The translations under genes were made by a program, and so were the position numbers. From the NCBI GenBank assembly GCA_016193315.1, contig JACPSJ010000001.1, positions 599,478-663,477 of the forward strand: a DNA stretch of 64,000 bases. Reading direction: 5' to 3'. Under the pieces are notes generated by a model. The model had not been told where the DNA came from, did not search any database, and saw only the letters and a list, made by a program, of their open reading frames with translations. Below are positions 9,766 to 18,058 of this stretch, piece by piece. The DNA is from Candidatus Kerfeldbacteria bacterium (GTDB lineage Bacteria > Patescibacteriota > Patescibacteriia > SBBC01 > CAIJZX01). Every line of letters starts with the position of its first letter. Within the stretch, counting starts at the first letter, position 1.

Positions 9766-10424
9766 TTCTTCGCTACAATGTACGTCGAGAACCCAAAGAG
9801 CAAAGAAGCTGAGTAAATTCCGATTGGTATGCGTGGTCGGCCGGTGACTGGGATTAGGACATCAAAAATCAGTCCGGAGAGGACGGCCGCGATCAGCGCG
9901 ACCATGAACACTTTGATACTTCCCCACTGTGGACTCTGCACATACCGGAACTTCGTTACCAAATTCGCCAGCGACCATACCACGTAAACACTCACGAAGA
10001 TGGGAAAGACCCAAAAGAGCGGGCCATGAATTTCGTGCCAAAAACCATCGGCGAGAACAACATTTCGAATAAAACTTGGGTTGAAGAGTACGAGGGGAAG
10101 GAAAAATACAATTGGCAGTAGCAAGTACCACCTATCGTTTTTCGGGATTCGCTGTGAAGGAATCGGGAAGTACCAGGTGAAAAGCAACAAAAAAGAAAAC
10201 GTTGCAGCCCCGGCAAGGTATCCTAAGCGGGTCAAGAACAGGACGACTGGCGACTCTAAGTTCAGAAACAACGACCCCTGAATGATGGCGATGGCCGATA
10301 AGGCTGACAGAAATCCGGCATAATAGGTTATTGAAGGACTACGCTGGTAGCGCTGCACCATCCAGCCCGATAAAGAAAGCAGGCTGGCGGCCAGGATGAA
10401 CAGCGTGATCGTCCAAAGGTTCAT
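9762..10424 (-). CDS. Stand-alone 7TM membrane module (copy 4), first gene of the operon
   Basis: 7 TM with 'FTWYFPIP' and 'IKVFMVALIAAVLSG', ending '...STYIVAKK'. It is divergent but colinear with copies 1-3 and the HK N-terminus. Confidence 0.7.
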   Translation of the reverse strand: MNLWTITLFILAASLLSLSGWMVQRYQRSPSITYYAGFLSALSAIAIIQGSLFLNLESPVVLFLTRLGYLAGAATFSFLLLFTWYFPIPSQRIPKNDRWYLLLPIVFFLPLVLFNPSFIRNVVLADGFWHEIHGPLFWVFPIFVSVYVVWSLANLVTKFRYVQSPQWGSIKVFMVALIAAVLSGLIFDVLIPVTGRPRIPIGIYSASLLFGFSTYIVAKK

Positions 10425-10594
10425 GTCCGGAAAACAAGAAACAGCCCTGGCCGTTTGGGGGGCTGTGTTAGTATCCGTCGATCAGCGATGGCACTGAGCG
10501 CCAAAAAAATATTCATCGGCGGTAAGAAAAATGCGACGTGAATATAGCAAAAATCGGCCGAAAATGCAAGTGCGGTGTGAGCTTTGTCTCGAAC

Positions 10595-11857
10595 CTAGTT
10601 TAGCGGGTTTTCGAGCGCTGGTTCGCCGTTGACCTCGAGACTGACAAACCCAAACAGGGTGTCGCCGACTTTCAATGGTGAAGCACTGGCCGCGGAAGCA
10701 TTGACCGACCCACTATTTCCGCTCCCGAAATGCTGATCGTAGATTACCCGGTTTCTCTTTGTGATGATATCCCAAAGCTCGAGCCGTTCGGAATTGTAAC
10801 CTCCGTCGGAGTAAGGATAACTCATCACCGCATACCGGCCATCCTGTGATACGGCCTTTAGTTCACCTTTATCGAAAAGGGTCCGAGTTGTGTGGGTCAA
10901 GAAATCGCGATACTGTAATCCCTGATTGTAGCCTCGGCTAAAGAAGAAGCCTTGTCGATTGACAGGAAACCCGGATGGTGCGCCCGCAAACCGATCGATC
11001 GTCCTCACGATGCGTGTACGATAGTTGAACTCGACGTAGCCATTGGATTGGTTCGAACTGAAATTCCATTCAAATGCGAAGACCGTGTCCCGGTCAATCT
11101 GGTCAATGACTTGGTAGTTCGGCCCGTTAGAGGTTCCGTTCGTGTTCAAGTTGGTATAGACCAATTCCGCCACACCACTTTCTAAATCCGCAAGGTAGAA
11201 ATACTGCCCCGAGCGTTCCTGGGTGCCTTCCACGTCGATCAGCAGCTGGGTTGGCGTCAAGAAAGAAAGCAGAGCCTGATACCCGCCAAGTTCCGGATTC
11301 TTCAGGTTTTCCTTGTTGAAAGTATGCACCTTCCCGGTTTGGTAATCATAGACATTAACGACAAAGTCGGTGGGGCACGGACCATCCTCAACGGATTCAG
11401 TGCAGATAACGGCTGACTGAGCAAAGAAACGATCATCCGGGCTCATGATGGCTGAACCAGGGTAGATCGCATTCGGAATGATCGGCGGATTCGTTACCAC
11501 TTCGTCTCCGTTTGGGAGTACCCCAATCACCAGCGCCCCCAGGCCCGGTGACGAAAAGTTCGCCGACCCTGGCCCGAAGTTGTGGGTTCGAGTGAAGCGG
11601 TATCGATCCGGCTCGATGGGGGCCGGTAAGTATGTATTCCCCTTGGCTGGGCCAATTGCTTTCGGCCGACCATCGAACCCTGGTATGCGAAACAGTTGGA
11701 ACGACCCCCGCGGTGTACCATCGAACTGCTCCACCGTGCCTTTCGTGTAGTACAAGACCGGCACCGAAACTGGATTGGTCGGGGCCGACGACCGATCAAA
11801 CCAAAGCAAGCCCACCAAAGTGGCCGCGGCGAGGAAGATGGTGAGGTGCCATTTCAT
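10595..11857 (-). CDS. Secreted hypothetical protein, possibly beta-propeller-like
   Basis: N-terminal signal peptide 'MKWHLTIFLAAATLVGLLWF'. 420 aa rich in G/N/Y/T with no recognisable catalytic motif. Confidence 0.55.
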   Translation of the reverse strand: MKWHLTIFLAAATLVGLLWFDRSSAPTNPVSVPVLYYTKGTVEQFDGTPRGSFQLFRIPGFDGRPKAIGPAKGNTYLPAPIEPDRYRFTRTHNFGPGSANFSSPGLGALVIGVLPNGDEVVTNPPIIPNAIYPGSAIMSPDDRFFAQSAVICTESVEDGPCPTDFVVNVYDYQTGKVHTFNKENLKNPELGGYQALLSFLTPTQLLIDVEGTQERSGQYFYLADLESGVAELVYTNLNTNGTSNGPNYQVIDQIDRDTVFAFEWNFSSNQSNGYVEFNYRTRIVRTIDRFAGAPSGFPVNRQGFFFSRGYNQGLQYRDFLTHTTRTLFDKGELKAVSQDGRYAVMSYPYSDGGYNSERLELWDIITKRNRVIYDQHFGSGNSGSVNASAASASPLKVGDTLFGFVSLEVNGEPALENPLN

Positions 11858-11877
11858 CCTTCGGCGATCACTATCCT

Positions 11878-12405
11878 CTAGTTGGTGAAGGTTAGCTGGC
11901 TGCGCCCTTGCTCATACTGCGGCTGCGCAGCGCCGCCCGGATTGCTGACGCGAAACTCGTATAGGAAGCCTCTCTCCAGCACGTAGGTTCGGACTGACTC
12001 GATATCGACGCTTCCGACAATCCGCAACGCCTCACGACCATTGATCATCATCGCCCGCTCCTCAATCGGACTTTCGGCTGGTGACTTCTTGGCTTTCGCT
12101 TGCGCGTCTAGTGAGGTCCCGTCGGAACGAAAGACCTGAAGGTAGATGCCACCTTCCGGTGCGTTTCCATAGCCGGCACCCACCGCCCCTCTGTCGAAGA
12201 CGCCGGACATGGTCGGTCTTCCCAGCGACCCAAGTTGCGGGACGGGGTAGTTCACTGCTGGCTGGTTGGTGTTGGAATTCCGAAACGTCGTATTGGTATT
12301 CGTGGACGACGTTGAGTTTGATTGGGCGGTCTGCCAGAGGTAGGCACCAAGGCTAAGAAGCACGACCAGCCCGATGGCGGTGGAAATGGCTGATGAGACT
12401 CTCAT
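11878..12405 (-). CDS. Membrane-anchored extracytoplasmic hypothetical protein with an N/T/S-rich linker
   Basis: N-terminal TM 'AISTAIGLVVLLSLGAYLW' followed by a low-complexity 'NSTSSTNTNTTFRNSNTN' linker and a ~100-aa globular domain. Confidence 0.5.
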   Translation of the reverse strand: MRVSSAISTAIGLVVLLSLGAYLWQTAQSNSTSSTNTNTTFRNSNTNQPAVNYPVPQLGSLGRPTMSGVFDRGAVGAGYGNAPEGGIYLQVFRSDGTSLDAQAKAKKSPAESPIEERAMMINGREALRIVGSVDIESVRTYVLERGFLYEFRVSNPGGAAQPQYEQGRSQLTFTN

Positions 12406-12441
12406 GAACCATACTTAGAGAACTCCAACCAATGCTTTGAA

Positions 12442-13131
12442 CTACCCTTCCAACATTGTTCTCACCATTGCGTCAAAGGTAGACCGGATGGTGGTCAATT
12501 CCTCCCCGGACGCACTATTGTATCCCCGGCCGTCCAACGAATACTCTTGGCCGTCGGGATAGGTGACCTTGCAGACTCGATCGTATTTCGTGTTGTAGCA
12601 GGTTAGTTTCCGACCCGACACTTCACCCACGATTTCATCAGATTCGACCTGCAAGTCCGGCGCAACCTGCTCGCGAAAATCAAACGTGTATGCCGGTTCG
12701 ATCGGCGCCGTCTGGGGATCGGGTGGGATACGTTGTACCACGAAGGCGGGTGCGTCCTGGCTTCCTTCGCATGGCTCATCTTCAAGCAAGTAAGCCGTTT
12801 CAGTTCCGACCGTAGAGGCGCACGCCGCATAGGCTGGATTGTATCTGAAGCAAACCGTGTCGGCCAGGCAGTGCTCAGGCCAGCTCGACGTCTGGGGCTG
12901 TCCGAAAGCGGTGGAATACTGAACTTGGCGCCCCGTCATCGTAACCGCCGAGACAAGATCGGTCCGTCCGGTTGTATTGGCGTTAGCGATGTCAAGCGGA
13001 GCATTTGTGTTTGCGCTATTGGTGTTTTGTGAGTTCGTTCCCTGCGGCCAGGCAACGGTCCAGAGATAGCCGCCAACACCAACGGCCACCACCACGCCGA
13101 GGGTTATTAGTAATGTTTGAGACGTCTTCAT
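12442..13131 (-). CDS. Membrane-anchored extracytoplasmic hypothetical protein (N-terminal paralog of 11878..12405)
   Basis: Same architecture: TM 'LLITLGVVVAVGVGGYLW' then a 'NSQNTNSANTN' linker, and a Cys-containing C-terminal domain. Confidence 0.5.
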   Translation of the reverse strand: MKTSQTLLITLGVVVAVGVGGYLWTVAWPQGTNSQNTNSANTNAPLDIANANTTGRTDLVSAVTMTGRQVQYSTAFGQPQTSSWPEHCLADTVCFRYNPAYAACASTVGTETAYLLEDEPCEGSQDAPAFVVQRIPPDPQTAPIEPAYTFDFREQVAPDLQVESDEIVGEVSGRKLTCYNTKYDRVCKVTYPDGQEYSLDGRGYNSASGEELTTIRSTFDAMVRTMLEG

Positions 13132-13243
13132 AGGACTATGCGTTAGTGACTTAGTATAGCATCTGCAAGGCAGTAGAGAAAAAGGGGGTACTCCGAGGAA
13201 GTCTCGTTTCCCCCGCCCACGTGAGAATGGTGACCAACGCTGA

Positions 13244-14092
13244 CTACTGGTAGGCGAGATCCAGAGCGATGTAGTTGTCCAGGTCGCCGTAACCGGATCC
13301 AGACGTACTCACCAAGTGACGTCCGATGATTTCGTTGTGCGCCCCCCCAACGAAGTTGCTGTCGACGACTTCCACAGCCACCACTCGGCCCTGTGCATCC
13401 CACGTCACGATGTGGACCACAATTGCTGTGTGACCGTCCTTGACTTTTGACTGGATCACATCTCCGACTTGGACTTGCGACACTGGTTTTGTCATCTCGC
13501 GCCGACCACTGTTGTAGTCGTCGATGTACTTCTGGTAAGGATACAACATCCGTGGGTTACTGGGTGGGCCGCCGTAGAAAGTCTAACTCCGGTAGAGAAT
13601 CAGGTTCGCGAAGTAACGACATTGCCCACCTCTGCCGTAGAACGTCGCCAACTCCCCGTACGGACCGGACCTGGTCCATTTCTCCTTCATGTGGGTGTAG
13701 TAGCCCATGTTGGAGAAGAAGCTGGGGAATCGATCATCCGTCCAGAGTGATGAGTTGTCGCCGTAATGGTTCTTCAGCTTCGTGTACGCGGCGACATCGC
13801 TGAGCAAATACTTCCAGTCACTGACGTAGTTGCCGCCTATCTTGTTCCGCGACGAACCCGAAGCGGTATTACTCAGCGCGTAGAAGCACTCCAGTTGGAT
13901 GGCTTTCCTAGAGTCAGTAGCTAGTCGCTCCGGTACCGCCCTAGGCTTCCTGAACCCACTGGATGAATCCGGCCACACCACCGGAGCCAGCAGACGTTCT
14001 CGGCTCCGACTGCAGCTGTCCAGTAGGGCTGGACTGACAACCAGATACGCGGCGCAGGCCAGCCGCACGAACTGCCGTCGATTCAGACTCAT
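13244..14092 (-). pseudogene. Tat-signal CHAP-domain amidase/peptidase interrupted by an in-frame TAG stop
   Basis: The 13583..14092 part (Tat motif 'SLNRRQFVRLA', then '...GRGGQCRYFANLILYRS') and the 13244..13549 part ('...VQVGDVIQ...GHTAIVV...VVDSNFVGG...IGRH') are in the same frame. They are separated only by a TAG at 13583-13585. Together they align colinearly with the intact paralog at 16241..17074. TAG is a normal stop elsewhere in the window, for example at the dapF-like and hutH ends. Confidence 0.6.
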
Positions 14093-14345
14093 GGCACAAC
14101 TCCTTTCTTGGTTACGGCTGGATGCCCAAACGTGTGTGGACAGAATGCCGCGGTAGATGCTGCAGTATTTGATCACCTCTCGGTTGTAAGGAGCTGGCGA
14201 ACCGGTTGTCTCGATATGAGACAACGCAAAACCAGGCCTTGGGCCAATGGTTCTCACCAGCATGGCGAACGAAAAAACCGGAGGCCCAACTCTGAAGCTG
14301 CTCCGTAGGGAGAACTTCAGAACCAAGCCACCGGTTCTGACTGAA
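14093..14345 (-). promoter_or_regulatory. Conserved ~250-nt structured 5' leader with a terminal inverted repeat (copy A); candidate cis-regulatory RNA
   Basis: Near-identical to 17075..17360 upstream of the paralogous CHAP gene. It contains the IR 'cttcagaacc-N8-ggttctga(ct)gaag', the hairpin 'tttgccc-N15-gggcaaa' and a long-range 'cggagg/cctccg' pairing. Confidence 0.4.
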
Positions 14346-14494
14346 GTGTAGTCCTGCCTATCTGAACGTCAAGTGGACAAGTGGATATCCTAACGCAAAC
14401 GCTTGACCCGAATAAACAAATATGTTATTTTTCTGGGTTCTTTGAAGTCTGTCTACTCGCTCGTAACTTACAACCCAAACTGGAGAGGTGATCC

Positions 14495-15433
14495 TTGAGA
14501 AAGGGTTTCAAGCATCGAACACCACACGAGCAACCACGCAAAGCGCGAAAAGATTCGGTGTGGTTACGGAGATGGAAGATGTTCGCCGCCTTCGTCATCG
14601 TCGGCACCCTCGGAGGTTGGTTTGTCATGCAGATTATCGGGATACAACCGAACGTTGTGCTAGAGTCGGGTCGGCCGGCTGGTCAGGTTCCAGACCTTAC
14701 CCTCAAGACTGAAGACCTCGATGTCTTCGCGGGCCACCCGATTCTTGGGCCATTAGCGGCCAAGGTTAAGAAACATCTCGGCGAGTACGACAGTACTCGA
14801 ACGGAAACAATCCGCCATTCCGATCCTCCATTGCGAATCGACGTACTACTTCAGTATCACGAGTACCTGCGCGTCGGTCCGGATGGCAACCCGATGGAAA
14901 TGGACCTTGGCGAAAAAGAAAAGGTCAAACGCTGTCAGGCCAAAGTTCACCAGGTTCTTGAGGCGCTACACCCGGACATGGTGGGCTGGGAAGGCTCCGA
15001 TGTACCGAATGTTACGTTCGAGAACCTAGCGCGTCAGACGTACCAACAAGCCCGCGAACAAGGACAATCGGTCAGCTTCATCGCCATCCGAATGGCGCTC
15101 GAAGTGGGTGTCGAATACGACGGCACCTTGCAGTATCTGAAAGCCCATCCTGACGCCCGGGTTTACGGATACGAGGACCGGGCCTTGAACGAGTTCCAGG
15201 ATACTCTGCTGGGCTTACTCGAGAGTCCGTTTGGTGACCAAAGTTGGGGACACATCAATCAAAGACTTGGGCCAACCCGAGGCACGGTGAATCTCTGTCG
15301 GTTTATCAACCAGATGCGTGTCGAAAAGCTCCGGCACGGCGCCTTCGTCATCGGTTACATGCATGAGCCGGAAATTCTACAAAGTCTCAAGGCGCTCGGG
15401 ACTGAAACCCGAATCTACAACCTTACTCATTAA
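14495..15433 (+). CDS. Hypothetical membrane-anchored protein
   Basis: 312-aa ORF with an internal TM 'MFAAFVIVGTLGGWFVMQIIGI'. A clean intrinsic terminator follows it. No recognisable motifs. Confidence 0.5.
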   Translation: MRKGFKHRTPHEQPRKARKDSVWLRRWKMFAAFVIVGTLGGWFVMQIIGIQPNVVLESGRPAGQVPDLTLKTEDLDVFAGHPILGPLAAKVKKHLGEYDSTRTETIRHSDPPLRIDVLLQYHEYLRVGPDGNPMEMDLGEKEKVKRCQAKVHQVLEALHPDMVGWEGSDVPNVTFENLARQTYQQAREQGQSVSFIAIRMALEVGVEYDGTLQYLKAHPDARVYGYEDRALNEFQDTLLGLLESPFGDQSWGHINQRLGPTRGTVNLCRFINQMRVEKLRHGAFVIGYMHEPEILQSLKALGTETRIYNLTH

Positions 15434-15470
15434 CCGTTGCCCGGGGAAGCAGCGGCTCTTTTTTATACGA
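15434..15470 (+). terminator. Rho-independent terminator
   Basis: Stem 'ccgttgc', loop 'ccggggaa', stem 'gcagcgg' (one G-U pair), then 'ctctttttt', immediately after the stop at 15431-15433. Confidence 0.6.
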
Positions 15471-15600
15471 GGAAGATCGCGCCTCTCCTCTGGTAACAGT
15501 TGGCTACCGGGATATATGCTCACAGTGTTTTACTACTCGATCGCATGGGGCTGAAAATGCCTCAGTTTATGGATATTGGCTCGCCTATGCGTTCGGTGCA

Positions 15601-16215
15601 TCACTGCAGCTGGGCCGAGAGAATAATCTTTTCCAACACCGTCATGACCTCAGGTAAACCTTCAGTGTACATAACCTGCACCGACGACTGATGTTCGGAA
15701 AACCAATACGTATAGTTCAGATCGAAGTTCGTTGTGACTTCAAGATACCGCCATTCCTGCCCATGAATAACCTCGGTTCCTTCCCGAACGACTCGCATGC
15801 CGGGTGCCAAACTGGTTTTCTCCATATTGACAAGGTTCGCGGCGGTATCGCCCGGCTGTGTAAAGGTAATATGCGGGCTGTCGGTCGCTTGGACTGGAAA
15901 CGTCCAGGTAACTCCTCCTTCGCCGACTGACTTCATCATGTTTACGGGCATGGCGAACGTAAAACCGCCAAAGGAATAACTTTCCGTTTGACGCGCCGCA
16001 GCTACGACGGAATCCCAATTTTGTCCGGACTGAGATACGTTGGCGTTCTGATTACCATTCGTATTTTGATCGCGGCGCCAGCTCGAGATCGCAAAAAACG
16101 AAACTAAGCCAACGACGATAACCGAAATGATGACAATGATGAAGTTTTTCATAGATGAGTAACTTGTATAAATAGTAGGATGGAAAAATTCGGGAGGAAC
16201 AGAGTTATCATACAC
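15601..16215 (-). CDS. Membrane-anchored extracytoplasmic hypothetical protein with an N/Q-rich linker
   Basis: GTG start at 16215 preceded by a strong 'GGGAGGAG' SD. TM 'NFIIVIISVIVVGLVSFFAI' then a 'RRDQNTNGNQNANVSQSGQN' linker, the same architecture as 11878..13131. Confidence 0.55.
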   Translation of the reverse strand: MYDNSVPPEFFHPTIYTSYSSMKNFIIVIISVIVVGLVSFFAISSWRRDQNTNGNQNANVSQSGQNWDSVVAAARQTESYSFGGFTFAMPVNMMKSVGEGGVTWTFPVQATDSPHITFTQPGDTAANLVNMEKTSLAPGMRVVREGTEVIHGQEWRYLEVTTNFDLNYTYWFSEHQSSVQVMYTEGLPEVMTVLEKIILSAQLQ

Positions 16216-16240
16216 TGCTCCTCCCGTTGTAAGAAGAGGT

Positions 16241-17074
16241 TCAGTACCACCGGCCCTGACCGGAAAACATTTTCCAGGTGTTACCGATGGCGGTACCGCT
16301 GACGTTGTGGCGGCCGATCATCTCGTAGCCGAGATAGTTTGAATCGACCACGGTGATTCCACTTCCGTAGTTCCGGACACAAACCGCCACGTGCTGGCGA
16401 CGCCTACCGGATCCGTCGACGTAGTTGTAGAAGACCAGGTCGCAGGGTTGGGCGTTGATCGCCGGCGGGAAGGAATACTTGGACGGATCCTTCGAGCCCC
16501 AGTTCCAGGACAGCCTGTACATCCCGGCGGTCGCCCGGTAAATATCCATAGCTACGTACGAAACGCACTGGCATCCGCGGCCGATCCCACTCCGAACACC
16601 GTATGGGTCGGCACTGAGGTAACTCACCCAGTACTCGATCGTATTCTGCGGGTACGGCATGAGATTGGGCGTCGTAATCGCGCAGCAACCACAGACAGGC
16701 GGGATGTCATTCGACACACATGTCTGGTAGGTGTTAAGTGCGAATCGAAGACCGTTCCCGTTCGCATCAGCGATCTTGGACAACCAGTTCCAATTCGACT
16801 TCGTCCCGTCTCCTCCGGGCCCGTTCGGATCGTCCCCTTTGCGTAGCCAATCGCGGTTGATCGAATACCAGCACTCGTTGCGGACCCGGTAACGGCTGGA
16901 TCCGATCGACAAGGGGGATGCCCCCGGCTTTCTGATCCCGCCCGGGCCTGACGGCTCCAGGTCGGTCCCGATCAGCCGCTCCGCAACGCGACCGCAGTTT
17001 TCCAAGGCGCCGGCAAGCGACACCACGGCTGCCGTCCCGGCCAGCCGCACGAACTGCCGTCGATTCAGACTCAT
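16241..17074 (-). CDS. Tat-secreted CHAP-domain cell-wall amidase/peptidase
   Basis: Start 'MSLNRRQFVRLAGTAAVVSLAG' has a twin-arginine motif, preceded by the SD 'aaggag'. The C-terminal CHAP domain is 'GCQCVSYV...CDLVFY...HVAVCV...VVDSNYLGYEMIGRH'. The ORF track extends it to 17266 through non-native R-rich sequence. Confidence 0.75.
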   Translation of the reverse strand: MSLNRRQFVRLAGTAAVVSLAGALENCGRVAERLIGTDLEPSGPGGIRKPGASPLSIGSSRYRVRNECWYSINRDWLRKGDDPNGPGGDGTKSNWNWLSKIADANGNGLRFALNTYQTCVSNDIPPVCGCCAITTPNLMPYPQNTIEYWVSYLSADPYGVRSGIGRGCQCVSYVAMDIYRATAGMYRLSWNWGSKDPSKYSFPPAINAQPCDLVFYNYVDGSGRRRQHVAVCVRNYGSGITVVDSNYLGYEMIGRHNVSGTAIGNTWKMFSGQGRWY

Positions 17075-17360
17075 GGCACAACTCCTTTCTGTGGTTGCGG
17101 CTGGTTGCCCCTTGGATAGTGGACACGATGCCGCGGAGGTCGAACTGCCGTTTTTGACACCTTCCCATGTTGTAAGGTGCTGGCGAACCCGTTGCCTCCG
17201 TTCGAGACAACACAAAGCAAGCCTGACGCGTGGTTGGATTTGCCCAAACCACGCCCCGTTGGGCAAACGGTCCTCACCAGCATGGCGAACGCAAAAACCG
17301 GAGGCCCGACGCTGAAGTCCCTTGTGGAGAACTTCAGAACCAAGCCACCGGTTCTGAAGT
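17075..17360 (-). promoter_or_regulatory. Conserved ~250-nt structured 5' leader with a terminal inverted repeat (copy B)
   Basis: Duplicate of 14093..14345. It has the perfect IR 'cttcagaacc aagccacc ggttctgaag' at 17331-17358 and a T5 run ('ccggttttt' on the coding strand) 30 nt downstream. Confidence 0.4.
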
Positions 17361-17418
17361 TATTGTAAACCTATGTGTGAGCCGGTCAAGTGGAAAACCC
17401 AGCTGGTGACGACTTTTA

Positions 17419-17450
17419 CAGGTGCGCGGCCACCCGCCCGGGCGGGTGGC
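17419..17450 (-). terminator. Perfect 15-bp palindrome, probable U-tract-less terminator
   Basis: 'gcgcggccacccgcc-cg-ggcgggtggccgcgc' lies 27 nt downstream of the stop of 17477..18058. No flanking T-run. Confidence 0.35.
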
Positions 17451-17476
17451 CGCGCCAGAGCCATCCACAGCGCACC

Positions 17477-18058
17477 TTACATCGAACTCCGAATCGCCGA
17501 CTCGATGGCGGTCAGCGGCTGGGACTGACCACTTTCGGATTGGCGGGCGGTGACTGTGCCGTTCGCCGTTTCCAGGTGAAATTTTCCTTGAAACTCACCA
17601 ACGGTCCGATACTCGTTGTCCCAACCGGACTGGGCCTTCAGGAACATCATCACCCGTTCGCCTACGGCGTACTGCGGCTGGTCTTCCACGTCGACGACGG
17701 TCAGTCCGAATTGGCCGCCCATGGCACGGACGACTATCGGCTTGGTGGTCGATCCTTTGTACCAGCGGTCTGGCTTGATCAACCAGCGGGTGAAAACCAT
17801 GTCGTCTCCGGCCGGACCGAGGCCACGGACGGAGTTAAGCTGTTTTTCCACCACGCCACTGAGGACTGCTTCGGCTTCCTTGGCCATGATCGGAACGTCG
17901 ACCTGTTTGACCAACGGATGATAGGTTGTCACGCCGGCGTGCGGCAATTCGAAAGTCAGGAAGGCGGCGATCACCGCCACCGCCGCCAGTAAGTTCCACC
18001 GTTGTCCTTTGGCCATGGTTGGGTGATTAGCGTGCGCCATAGATGTAGCGAGTACCAT
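17477..18058 (-). CDS. Hypothetical membrane-anchored protein
   Basis: 'MAKGQRWNLLAAVAVIAAFLTF' N-terminal anchor; the start is uncertain, with candidate ATGs at 18058, 18040 and 18016. No recognisable catalytic motif. Confidence 0.5.
   Translation of the reverse strand: MVLATSMAHANHPTMAKGQRWNLLAAVAVIAAFLTFELPHAGVTTYHPLVKQVDVPIMAKEAEAVLSGVVEKQLNSVRGLGPAGDDMVFTRWLIKPDRWYKGSTTKPIVVRAMGGQFGLTVVDVEDQPQYAVGERVMMFLKAQSGWDNEYRTVGEFQGKFHLETANGTVTARQSESGQSQPLTAIESAIRSSM

Noticed and set aside
13583-13585. Stop-codon reassignment (TAG read as a sense codon) to rescue the CHAP paralog
   Set aside because: TAG is a functioning stop codon for well-conserved genes in the same window, for example the hutH and dapF-like ends. 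An isolated nonsense mutation or sequencing error is the simpler explanation.
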